Below are positions 35,657 through 46,646 of a DNA stretch of 64,000 nt, piece after piece; the stretch's first letter is position 1, and every line of letters starts with the position of its first letter. Source of the DNA: Epithemia pelagica (taxonomy: Eukaryota; Protista; Bacillariophyta); contig OX337230.1 in assembly GCA_946965045.2 (NCBI GenBank), forward strand, positions 2,914,001-2,978,000, read 5' to 3'. The translations under genes and the position numbers were made by a program. A model generated the notes under the pieces. The model ran no database searches, was not told the DNA's origin, and was given only the letters and a program-made list of their open reading frames with translations.

Positions 35657-37108
35657 TTTGGGAGCTTTGGATGTCGTATCGTGCTGAGGAGAGACGGTGA
35701 AAGTGCGGCTAGCTCAAACGATGAACACACACAAATCCCTCTCTCGCTCTTCTCGATGGATGAGAACACTCTGCAGAAGCAAGCAGCGCAAAGGTTAGAA
35801 ACAGATTGAAATACTGGATTTTCTCATGCTCTGTTCAAAAGATTTACACAAAACAGCCATTGGGAAAGATCCCCTGTTCCACATCGCCACCGGAATCCAC
35901 CGACCTACCGTACTCTTTATACACGAATAAATTCTCGAGAGTCAAAGCAAGAAGTCCTCTTTCTTGACTACAGTTCCTGGATGGCTTCCTTATGGGATCT
36001 TCCGCTCAGCATCGCAACACAATCGATCGATTGTGTGGACCACTTGAAAGGACGATTCATAAAACAAAAGAAGGTGCAACTCCGGTCGAATCGGACACAT
36101 CCATGATATAGCCCCATGTCGTCCCCATCCGATGAATCTCTAAGTCGTCACGCCGGGCGGCGAACTTACCTCCATTACATAGAAGAAAGCGACTGATTTA
36201 TTCCTTTCCGGATGTCGTACGGAGGATTCGTTGGCGACTTTGGTACTCGTATTTTTTAGTCCACTTAACGATCCTGGGGGGATATATAGGAGAGCTCTTG
36301 GACTGCCCGCGCGTTTTGGGGGAATGAAAATCCTAAATATTTCTTCCTTCGTCTCGTACCAAACCATCGCCACATTTTCGCATTTGGTGTTATAAAAAAT
36401 ATCAAGAACATTGAGCATTGGGATGGTGAGCAATGAGCTTCCTGCACCATCGTTCGCATGAACTTCTGCTTTATTAGGTCTCCAAGTCTCTTTCACATGC
36501 TATCCAATATCCAGTTCTATTTGCTTGTTGATCTGAGTCTGGGGTCTCCAACAAGAAACTTGTCCTTGAGAAAGGCACAAACACTTTGACAAAGACAGAA
36601 CAGCCCTTCGTGACTTGGTGTGGAACTCCTGAGCTCTTGGGTAGCATGATTTGATCGAATTATTGTGGGTAGATTCGATATGTCGAGGTCGTTACCTATA
36701 TGAGAATGATTGTTCATCAAGTAGAGAAAGTGCTTCTATAGACCGATTGCTTGAGCGAATGATGAAATAGTCCAGCCTGGAGAAGATGCCTCAGTGTCTG
36801 GTCGGCACGGAACCATATTGAGAATGGCAAATCGTAACTCAAATAGACCTTTTCCTGTCATTAGTTAGACTTCCATGTCCAGGTTTGTTTGATCTCGTGA
36901 ACGGAAATAAGAGACTTATTCTACCAAACTAGAAATACATCTCCTCTTTGCGTTCAGCTTTTATCCTTTATCCTTGCTAATCATCTATATGCTTCACTAG
37001 GTGAATTTGTCTTGTTTCAAATGAGGAAAACCGTTTGGCGAATGGTTGAGACCTTTCAGTTGGTGGAAAGAACTACATCCATATGTATGGCGCTCATGGC
37101 TGCAACCG

Positions 37109-40048
37109 TTATGTAGTTGCCGTGGCTTGAAACACAGGGTTGGTTTTTGTCACTGGCCACGGCCCTGTCATGTGCCATGTGGACTCGTCGATAACAATAC
37201 TCATATTTCCTACCGGTCCTTTTTGTGCAGGCTTTTCACTAGTCTCATCCCTGTTTTTCATAAATGAAGATGAAGTTGCGCGTTGTCGAGGGGGAGTTTT
37301 CTCTCCATACTCCGCATCTAGTTTGGGGTCTTGTGGAACAGTGAGTGCTAAGGGACGTTGGTTTTCGGGACTTCGATGACGATTCAAGGGCGAACCGTTG
37401 CGCCGATGAGTATCGACAGGCGAGAAAGGCACATGTGACGTAAACGTCCAAGGTTGTCGATGCTGGGTGGACCGCATCGGCGATTTATCTTGCTGTGGCT
37501 CTCCTGTACCTTTCAGAATCGTTCCCGTAGTATCGCGACTGGTACTGCGGCTTCGGCCACTGATACTGGCTACCTTGTCCCCATACTTAGCATCCAAGAG
37601 GAACTTGGGACCCTGCGGTACCGTCAGCGGTTTCGTGCTTCGTTGAATCGGTTTGGGAGGGGACAAGGAACGACGAGTGTAAGTTAACGACTGAGTTCGT
37701 TCCACCACACGACGTTCTGTATGCAGAGTGGGTCCACGCGGAACCGTCGTTTGCTTTGTCAAAGTTGTTGGATCCGTGGATTGATGACTATGTTGGCGGA
37801 CGTGCCTAGACGGAGGCTCGGAAAGAACCATTGGACCTCGTACTGGTGAACGCCCTTGACGTGCCTCCTTTTCTGTTGTTGGAGTTTGTTTCGCCGCTTG
37901 GTCTCTGGTACTTTTTGAAGCTTTCGGCGAAAACGGAACATTATTCGACCGCCGAAATAGGTGTCGCGGGGGGCTTGCAATAGGTTTGTCGTTTGGACTA
38001 TCGTTGTGATCATCCTTGCTTTGTAAACGATCATTTGCATCGGTGGTGGTTGTCGTCTTGGTGGTTGGCTTGGAGGATGAAGATAGCTGGACGTTGGAAG
38101 CATCTGGCTGTTCCTTTTGGTCTTGCAATCGTTGTCGAATCATGGTGCGGAAACGGGCTCGCATGTGTCCTTCATGTGCCGACATGCGGAGCCCTCGCTT
38201 GGGTTTGTCTGTCGCGTCCAGAGGACCACTCTGTTCTTCCTGCTGCGGTGACAGTGGACCGGCACGACGGAATGATTGTCTTTGACGCCATCCGCGTGGT
38301 ACTTCTGGACCCTGTTGTTGGCCTTTTGTCGGAGGTTTCTCTTGACCTTTATTGGCTGCCCCTGCATCTTTGTTCTCTCGCCATGCTCGAAGAAGATGAA
38401 GACGTGAGCGAGAACCAGCAGGAGTACGGGACGACGGATGGGCATCCGTCGTCTGTTTCGGTTGTTGCTTCTTTGGGCGTGTGTCTGGTGATTGTATGAT
38501 CACATACATGGGAATATCTGGCTCATTATGCCGATTTTCATCTCTGGGTCTCGGGTACCGAGAATTAGACGCTCGCAGGGGTGACGAAGATGACACTGAC
38601 AACAAAGCCTTTCGGCGTTGCTGCAGTCGCATTCGACGACGAGCAATGCTACTGCCACACGACGAGAGTGAGGAAACGCCATCATCCAAAGGAACGTTCG
38701 TGTCCTTTTCCTCGTTGTCCGCCTCGTCTGACGCAATCAAGTTCTCATTGTTCCCGGCGATCGCCTCATTATTTTCGTTGCTCTTATCTGGGTCTTTAGC
38801 CAACAACGACTCTTGAAATACATCTTGTGTTGGATAGTCATCATTGCTCTCTTTGGTGGCAACTGAAACGTTGTTGGTCGCTTCCTTGTGGGCAGCGTCT
38901 TTTGTTGTTGTAGGCGCCATCCACCAGGACCTTTGAAACAAATCCGGAGAGGTTAACAGTGGAGGTGGCACCAACTCTGGTTGTTCTTCGTGCGCCTGCA
39001 CGGATTCCGATTCTTGCTCGGGGATAGTTGGATGCACCTTGAGGCCTTCCTGGGTATACGATGGAGTGGATGGGTCCTCTCGAGATTGATCCTCCTTTGT
39101 GTTGACAGCAGGAATAGTGGATGGTTGAATGGTAGTGTCTTTCGAGGAGGGTTTTTCAAACACGACACATTCTTCAGGCTTCTCCTTTGCTTCAGTAGGA
39201 GAATGGCCCTTGTCAACGATGCTTGAAGTGGACCCTTGCGTTGGCCGAGCATCAAATTCCACACATTCCTCTTCATCTTGTTGGACTTCCTTCAAGAGTT
39301 CCACACTAGCCATTTTATCATCCGCCTTGTGGTGGAGGTCTTCATCCGCGTCTTCACTTTCAATCACGACCACATGCTGTGGAGAAGTTCCTTCCTCGTC
39401 CTCCACCTCCTCGCTGCTCTTGTAACGATCTGTGGATGTAATGGTCTCCGCTTCTTTTTCTTCCAATGAGCTGTGACGATGATCTTCGTTGTCCGGTGAG
39501 CGAGATGTTTGTGGATCCACTGCACCAACCCCAATGGATTGTACGCGCGGTGGAGGTGGAAGACGACCGTCATGCGACGAGGAGTTGTTCTGGGAGAAGT
39601 CTTTGGGAATGGAAATGGTGGTATCCGGTGGAAGGATCAATTCGTTTCGTTTGCGGATTCGTGCCGAACGTCGTCCTCGTCCTTCCTGTTTGGATTCGTC
39701 TTCAGCTTTTTCGTGCTGCTTTTCGTTCACCTGGGACGAGGACACCTCTGGTTTGTTGGTTGTCTTGGTAGTCCAGCTGGTGAAGGCTTGAGCGAGTCGC
39801 GAATCTTGCAAACTGGAAAAGAACGACCCTTTTCGAGGAGGAGTTGTGGTTGTATCCGTTGGTGTACCAGACGTTGGTATCTTACTAGACGTTGATGTCT
39901 CGTTTGGGGGATGTGGATGGGTACCATCAACTGGAGCACCAGCAGGAGAATCCTGTGAATAGGATTCCACTTCGACGCTCTGGCTGGCCGTTGTTGTTGT
40001 TGTTGTTGTTGCAGTGCCACTACGGGCAGTTGAGGCAGGAGAATCCAT
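37109..40048 (-). CDS. Large disordered protein with TPX2-like LTVPxxP motifs
   Basis: Long open frame (likely start MDSPAST at 40048). C-terminal TTVPRGPTLHT, LTVPQGPKFLLDAKYG and LTVPQDPKLDAEYG. Confidence 0.55.
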   Translation of the reverse strand: MDSPASTARSGTATTTTTTTASQSVEVESYSQDSPAGAPVDGTHPHPPNETSTSSKIPTSGTPTDTTTTPPRKGSFFSSLQDSRLAQAFTSWTTKTTNKPEVSSSQVNEKQHEKAEDESKQEGRGRRSARIRKRNELILPPDTTISIPKDFSQNNSSSHDGRLPPPPRVQSIGVGAVDPQTSRSPDNEDHRHSSLEEKEAETITSTDRYKSSEEVEDEEGTSPQHVVVIESEDADEDLHHKADDKMASVELLKEVQQDEEECVEFDARPTQGSTSSIVDKGHSPTEAKEKPEECVVFEKPSSKDTTIQPSTIPAVNTKEDQSREDPSTPSYTQEGLKVHPTIPEQESESVQAHEEQPELVPPPLLTSPDLFQRSWWMAPTTTKDAAHKEATNNVSVATKESNDDYPTQDVFQESLLAKDPDKSNENNEAIAGNNENLIASDEADNEEKDTNVPLDDGVSSLSSCGSSIARRRMRLQQRRKALLSVSSSSPLRASNSRYPRPRDENRHNEPDIPMYVIIQSPDTRPKKQQPKQTTDAHPSSRTPAGSRSRLHLLRAWRENKDAGAANKGQEKPPTKGQQQGPEVPRGWRQRQSFRRAGPLSPQQEEQSGPLDATDKPKRGLRMSAHEGHMRARFRTMIRQRLQDQKEQPDASNVQLSSSSKPTTKTTTTTDANDRLQSKDDHNDSPNDKPIASPPRHLFRRSNNVPFSPKASKSTRDQAAKQTPTTEKEARQGRSPVRGPMVLSEPPSRHVRQHSHQSTDPTTLTKQTTVPRGPTLHTERRVVERTQSLTYTRRSLSPPKPIQRSTKPLTVPQGPKFLLDAKYGDKVASISGRSRSTSRDTTGTILKGTGEPQQDKSPMRSTQHRQPWTFTSHVPFSPVDTHRRNGSPLNRHRSPENQRPLALTVPQDPKLDAEYGEKTPPRQRATSSSFMKNRDETSEKPAQKGPVGNMSIVIDESTWHMTGPWPVTKTNPVFQATATT

Positions 40049-41385
40049 GGTGTAGCAGTAACTTTGTGGTTTTGACCGATATGCTCGTTGGTTTGTTCCG
40101 GTCGAACTGGTTGGTTCTGTTTTGTGAAGAAATAGGAGCTGCAATCTCACTCCACTCGTGCGTTCGGAGTCCCAAAAAATTATAAAATATCTCTCTCCGA
40201 TCTTTTTTTCTGGGGGAATGATGTTTCTGACACGAGAATCTGTTCTACTCCGATAGAAGAGGTTCGCTGAACTCCTTGTTCGCCGTCTTGAATAATTAGA
40301 TTGGGAGTGACAGTCTAAGAAGTCGCCAAAGGATCTTGTCTTTGCAGCGCAATAAGAGGGGTTGTTCACCAATCCAGTACAAAGACACAGGTTCCGATCG
40401 AAAAAAAGTAGATCTTCCAACTCCCTGATGGATCGTACACCATGAAAGACACAGTCTCCCCCTTTTTCCTATTCTTGGATGATTGTGGTGACAATCTTTC
40501 GCTGCTTCTCGTCCTGATGACAATCTTGTCTTTGTATATCTATTGCTGTCGACCCGACGACCAGTTGCCGTCCGGCCACGGTGCAGCTCTTCCAGTTCGC
40601 GTTTCGGTTGGTGTGGAGGATTCTTGTGTTGAGTCTATCTATCCATCCATGAGTCGACAATGCTCGGACGTGAGACAATCGGCACCCTAGTACTGCCTTC
40701 GACCAGTTGTTTGTATCTTGGTTAGAACATCCACACGCAAGGCACTCGTGTGTTCCATCGTCGTTGGACTTGATGGCGTTGGACAGTTGGATGTTGCCTG
40801 TTGCCTCAGTCATGCCTCATTCTTTCGGGGGCAGATCTGAGTTGTTGGTGAACGCGTGTGCCAACGGAAGCACTCTACAGTTTGTGCTACACCATCAAAA
40901 CCCGGCGAGCGACTTTTCTATGTATCGAACAAGGCACGTGACACATTCAACGGGCGGTCCACTTATGGGGAGTCGCACGAGCATGCGAGCACATAAGGTT
41001 ACAATACGAAAAAGCAGGTCACCCCATGTGGGACCAAGACTTGCTACGCCCACAAAACACGAAATGAAGCCGTAGCTCGTAGACTAGCTCCCCCTCCTAG
41101 CTAGAGGAGTGTTGTATTCGAATCCACAAGACAGGATGGAACAGTATGACCGGATGTGATTCTCGACTGCAGAGTTAGGTTGCGAAATGCGAAATCCTCA
41201 ACTTACATGTCCAATGTGTAAATCCGTGGTTTGTAGCGCAATGGCCGCAACAGCAACTAAAAACGAGGATACAAGCAGGTGCCAGGAGCAATCGTTTTAC
41301 ATTCAATTGTGTAGGCATAGAAGCAGGGGACTGTTTTCGACCTTCAACATACCAGACGGCCATCTATAGAAAATTCATGCTTGTT

Positions 41386-42974
41386 TCAACAATTCAACCA
41401 AGGCGTTTGATTATCTTCCACGGGATATCCCCAATACTCCATGGCTTCCTTCATATCAGCACAGGGACTTTCGGCCAAGGGATCTTCGGAAACAAATTTA
41501 CCAGTGACATCCAAGGTATTGTAAAAGTGCACTCGCAGCTCCTCATACAAGCCTTCCTTAGACCGGGGCAATCCTTCGGCAAATTCAATGGCATTGGTCC
41601 GGTCTTTGGCATTGAACAAAATCAAATCTCCCACAGCAACACTCTGGGGATCATCCTTGGTTTCCGTCGCCACGTGCAAGGGACCGGTGGCAATGACACG
41701 TTCGCTGCGAATCAAATATTCCAATTGTTCTTCTTCCAGTGTTTTGGTCACTATGGCAGTGGTGGCCGACGCTAGTTCCACGTCTTCCAGTAAGCCCTTT
41801 TCCATTTCTTGTCGAATCGACGTTGTTCCACCGCTGCTGCTACTAGCGCCACCACCGGCGTGGTCCAGGGCCAAACACATGCACGGATATCCAAACCGAC
41901 CATCGTCAATTCGCAAGGTATAATCGCGAATATGTCGCCATCGATAAAGGGGGATCTGAGACAAATCACCACCCGTCAATTTTTGAATAATGGGTTCCTT
42001 TTGTATAAACTCATGAACATATTCGAGCTTCTTGGATTCCATGCACATTGCATGTCCAACAACACGGCTCAAATCCGAAGACAATCTTTTGTCAAGATGG
42101 TAAAAGGAACAAACGAGACAAAGTGCCAAAAAGCAAGTGTGTTTAATGGGTTTTCGACGCAGGCAAGGCAAACGAAAGGACACAACAAATTCGACAGAAG
42201 ACAATGTGTGAGCGGCAGTGCATCGTTCAGCCCTCGCAGAGAACCACGATTTGCCAACGTCCACAAAGGAAACATATAAATGCTTGAGTAAGCTTGTATG
42301 GTTTGCACGTACATGGGTAGACTCCACAAGACATCGACCATGGATTGAGTATTGAAGGTTTCATTGTACAAATTAGCCTTGCGACAATACATGACATGAT
42401 CTTCAGTCAATTCAATTCGTTGATAAAACAATTCCAAGGTGTCTGTTTCAGGCTCCAACAAACGATCCCACACAAAGGACACAAAGCGATTGCCGGCATT
42501 CTTGGACATGGGAACGGGCGACAATTCCACCGTCGGAGCATTGGCCATGTCATCGTCATCGTTGTCGTCGCCTTCGTCCTCATTGTTACCAAACATGGAA
42601 TTGGAGGAATCGTCATCATCATCCGAATCACCGTCCTTGGAGGAATATTCCGATCCATCGGCCGCAAAGGTGGAAAACAACACGGATACGTGTCGTCGAT
42701 TCGAAATACTGTATGGTCGCAGATATTGGTCTTTGAATAAATTCGTGTTGAAATTCGTTGTGGTTCTGGTGGCTGTGCTTGTCCTCGTGGGTGAGACGGA
42801 GGATTTACCGAAGTATTGGGGTATAGAAATTGCTGTTCTTATACCAAAGGCTTGACAAGGTTCCACCACAAGTAGGCACGATACCACAAAAAGAACACCA
42901 GCCAGGCATGACAAAACGATGACATGGGAGCGTCGGCGAGGCCGTTTCAGATCAATCTGGATCCTTCGTTCCAT
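41386..42974 (-). CDS. Plastid-targeted protein with YciI-like C-terminal domain, 2 exons
   Basis: Leader ending CQA/FG; intron 42312-42086 restores the frame. QLEYL...VIATGPL...VGDLILFNA.DR..AIEFA..LP...GLY resembles YciI/YCII. Confidence 0.65.
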
Positions 42975-43599
42975 TCTGCTAGACTAAAGCGCCCGCAGCG
43001 ATCTTTCTCTGTCCTCGAAAGCACAAGTGGAGTCAAATCTCCTTGGAACCTTTGGATCGTCTCTTTTCTTCGAGAACGGAAGTGTGTCTTCCACGAGATA
43101 TTTGATGGATTTCAGATGGCCAGTTCGTCTGTAAGGCGTCCGGGAGATGGACGATCGCTATGCATGCTACCTTTACCTGCACAGTTACAATGAATATGTA
43201 CTTCAAGGTAGAGGAGCAATCCTATTACTCCTAGGTAGGGGTCCATCATGAACGGCACAACGCCAAGTTAAGACGCCACATGCCGTCATTTATCTACCGC
43301 CACCATGCCCACCTAGCAGGAAGAGTTTTGGGTTCCGTATGTACAAGAATAAGAGAGACGACGGGCGACCGCCGTCGTGTGACCATGCATGTCGACCCTC
43401 ATAAAAGAAGAATGGGACGATGACATCAAGTTCGAGACGAACAATGGCCCTACAATGACACCAGCTTGAGCGTCCTGTCTGTTCAAAATTGATGTCACTG
43501 CCAGAGAATATTTCATCCTGAGTCTTTGCAATTTGCAACTAGAAAGACGCAAGTAGTTGAACAAGACAGAGAAGTTCTAAAGTACAGGTGTAGCCTAGC

Positions 43600-45693
43600 T
43601 TAGACATTCAAATGCATTGATTCGGATGCAGTGCATGTAGCAAACATCTCAAACTTTCCAGTTAGGAAATAATACATCTTTTTCCTGCACAATGATGCAT
43701 TCGAAAGGTCAAGGTTTTGCTCTGATTCCGTTGTCTTGAACATCCTATTCAAGAAAGCTAGATGGCCAGCTGCTGCAACGCTGCTACAAAGAATCGATGG
43801 GGAAGAGAATGCTATCATTTGCTCTGTGAAAAGCACCTTGTCCGCGACTCTCTTCAAACTTGGCACCCCACTTGTCATGTTCTCCCCAGCAAGCAAGGGC
43901 AATTTGAGGAGTGCGCATCCAGTGACAGCAAGAGTCTTGTCATCGACAGTCACATGATCATCTTTCGTCACAGCAGAGTGTCCAACGTAATCAAGTGTCC
44001 TGCATTCCAGAAGCATCGTTTTGGCATGTTTTCCGTAACTGAAAGATGATATCACATGGGTAATGACAATAATCACACCTCGTCGAACAAGTAGGAGGAC
44101 GATCGCTTCTTTCGCGGACTCGGTACCAAGCACCGAAAGCCAAGTCTGTGCTAGTTGGAGGAGGAGACATGCCCCTAGAAGAGGGACTGAGATTTCCAAT
44201 CGTTTGTCCGCAAGTGCATTTGATCGGAAAATCAACATGAACGAAGCTGCAATCGGATTCAGGACGCTTGCACTGGCAACAAGTGCAGCCCAATTCGATA
44301 CCGGTATCAAATAGATTTCCCAGCTTTGTGCGAACCAATAATGCACCACCTCGTCCGTGAGTACCAGAAACGCAATTATCACGATGTATCTCTTGGTATA
44401 CCACTGCGAGTTCTTCATCATTCCAGCTATCGTTTTGTCTGTATATGAAAACATGATGCTAAATAGTCCCACGAAGCAGCAAATGATTGGGATATACAAT
44501 GATATCCATTTATCATTTTTCGTTGAACCGAATGTGAATGCCAAAAGAACAGCTACAATGCAAATGTAGTTGGTTTTCAGCTCGGGTTCTTGTGGAATGG
44601 ATACGGTAACTGATGGAAGCAACGGCTCATGGGCAAGTTCTGAGGGCTCACCAAGATCTTCCGTATTTGCGTTGTTCGATATGACCACATCACTGTTGCT
44701 CGCTTCTTCGGGAATATCCGCCTCCTTTATCAGTGATTGGAGGATGGCCGCAACCCCAACAAGTAGAATACCAGTAGCGGCAGCTTGCACTGGAGGCCGA
44801 ACTCCAAACATGAGTGCTGGAAAGCAAAGACATTCGACCACTCGGCCCATCTTGAGAGCCCAATACCCAACTGTGGCAGTGGGTTCCAAGTAGAGACGCA
44901 CGCGACTGACAACATGCAGTAAAAATCCAACCGCCAGAGGGATGATTGGATGCCATGTGCATTCCCCAGTGAAAACTGGAATTGCTTGCAACAGTATACC
45001 AACTCCTCCAACCACGAATGAAACAAGGACAGCGGGTTTACTGCCAATTACAACTGGAAGGACTCGTTCTTTTGCCGATCCATCAAAAAGATCCTTGAAC
45101 ACTCCAACAATATTCATGTTGATGTCAATGCAGAAAATTGACAGAGCAGCAATGTACACCATTCGAGGTAGTCCGAAGACGTGATAGCTCTCGTCACCAC
45201 CATTGGTAGTGTTAGCAGGAACAGACACTACAAAGGCCCCATAAAGTGGACACAATGCAAGAGCCGCTGGCATGAGCAAATGATGAATCAATGAAATTTT
45301 CTTGAGGAAGGAGTACCATCTCGTCAGCAAAAACCAAAGAAAAGCCACCAGAGCAGACGAGGGAGAAATGACATAGGAGAGGGCACAAGTCAGTGCACCA
45401 CAGAAAACTCCGTTGACTAAAACAAAGTGAGGAGTGAACTTTCCCGCAGGAATAGGCCGAAATGAAGCATTGGTGGCATCGGTATCTCGATCTTCATAAT
45501 CATTGAATGATTGAATAGCAGTGGTGGCAAAGAATGCCATAATGGTCAGAAAGGCATAGTGCCATGGAGCAAGGTTCTGTTGGTCTTGAGTTGCAATGAA
45601 GGCTCCAACAAGGATAGCGGAAAGAGGAATTGGGAAATTGAAGACTCGGACAAGACTTAACCAAGACATGACGGCATCTTTAGCGGATGACAT
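43600..45693 (-). CDS. UbiA-family prenyltransferase with long C-terminal membrane extension
   Basis: AIQSFNDYEDRDTD (NDxxDxxxD), RPIPAG, second Asp motif FKDLFD...RVLPVVIG. About 9 TM in the first 320 aa, then about 350 extra aa with further TM helices. Confidence 0.88.
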   Translation of the reverse strand: MSSAKDAVMSWLSLVRVFNFPIPLSAILVGAFIATQDQQNLAPWHYAFLTIMAFFATTAIQSFNDYEDRDTDATNASFRPIPAGKFTPHFVLVNGVFCGALTCALSYVISPSSALVAFLWFLLTRWYSFLKKISLIHHLLMPAALALCPLYGAFVVSVPANTTNGGDESYHVFGLPRMVYIAALSIFCIDINMNIVGVFKDLFDGSAKERVLPVVIGSKPAVLVSFVVGGVGILLQAIPVFTGECTWHPIIPLAVGFLLHVVSRVRLYLEPTATVGYWALKMGRVVECLCFPALMFGVRPPVQAAATGILLVGVAAILQSLIKEADIPEEASNSDVVISNNANTEDLGEPSELAHEPLLPSVTVSIPQEPELKTNYICIVAVLLAFTFGSTKNDKWISLYIPIICCFVGLFSIMFSYTDKTIAGMMKNSQWYTKRYIVIIAFLVLTDEVVHYWFAQSWEIYLIPVSNWAALVASASVLNPIAASFMLIFRSNALADKRLEISVPLLGACLLLQLAQTWLSVLGTESAKEAIVLLLVRRGVIIVITHVISSFSYGKHAKTMLLECRTLDYVGHSAVTKDDHVTVDDKTLAVTGCALLKLPLLAGENMTSGVPSLKRVADKVLFTEQMIAFSSPSILCSSVAAAGHLAFLNRMFKTTESEQNLDLSNASLCRKKMYYFLTGKFEMFATCTASESMHLNV

Positions 45694-46646
45694 GATGCGC
45701 TTTTATGACGGGACGGTGGTGGTGGTAGGGTCTTGAGACTGATATTAAGATCTACAGAGTGAATCAGGGCAAGTTCATGAAGTTGCCGAGCGTAGCAACC
45801 GAGACGACCGATACTTGACTAAATGCCCCAGTGCGATTTGGATTATGGTACATGAGGGATAGAATGCTCATTCCGTTTTTCCGGGCAGAACAAAGCGCCA
45901 CTAGCATTGTGAATTGATAATTGAAAACTCATGCATGGCGGCGATGTGGCTCTCCAGTCTCCATTTGTTAGTCCAGTAAGGTTCTAGACGGGTTCGAGGT
46001 TCGAGGCTCGAGTCCACGTCAATTATCAGAATTATTATTACACAATGCTATGAATGCTATGGCGCCTTGTCCGGGTGTCGGTGTCCCATGTCCCTGCCGA
46101 TGACGTCAGAGGGTGTGTCGATTCGCGTCAATATTATTGTGGATTGTGGAAATAGTCTTCCTTCATCAATGAACTTGACGAAAACCAGGAAATCATCTCC
46201 TACATGACGACGTCGTTTCTATGGTAGACGTGAATACGAAGAATTGGCTCTTTCTCTTCTCTCTCATTCTATTTGAAGATGTGCCCTGTTGGTAATTGGC
46301 AAACCCTTTGAGATCGCATCTCGCATCAAGTGTCAAGTGCTTTTGCATCCATCTCACTGTTGAAACGAAGACAATGGGCAAAGAGGGATTCCTTCATTCC
46401 CGAGTGTCGTAGCCAGATGGCCACATCTCCGTCACTCTAGTGACGTCGCACATGGCCAGGCCTATGAGTCATATGCGCAGGCCCTGATGTACGGAAAGGC
46501 AAATGACCCTTCCCTTTCCAGGGCCTCTCCTCGTGCTCATTCTTCGTAGCTAATCGATAAGGAAGTTGTTCTTCAAACAAGCGCGTTTTGCGTTGCATCA
46601 TTTGCACGCAACCTCTGTTGCTTTCACACTCACCGCAGAAGTAAAT

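Noticed and set aside
36140-36850. Short minus-strand ORFs between the two disordered-protein genes
   Set aside because: No recognisable motif or consistent gene model.
40442-41370. ORF 40469-40813 with CLACG as a zinc ribbon or upstream exon
   Set aside because: A single CxxC with no second pair and no clear splice connection to the 40048 gene.
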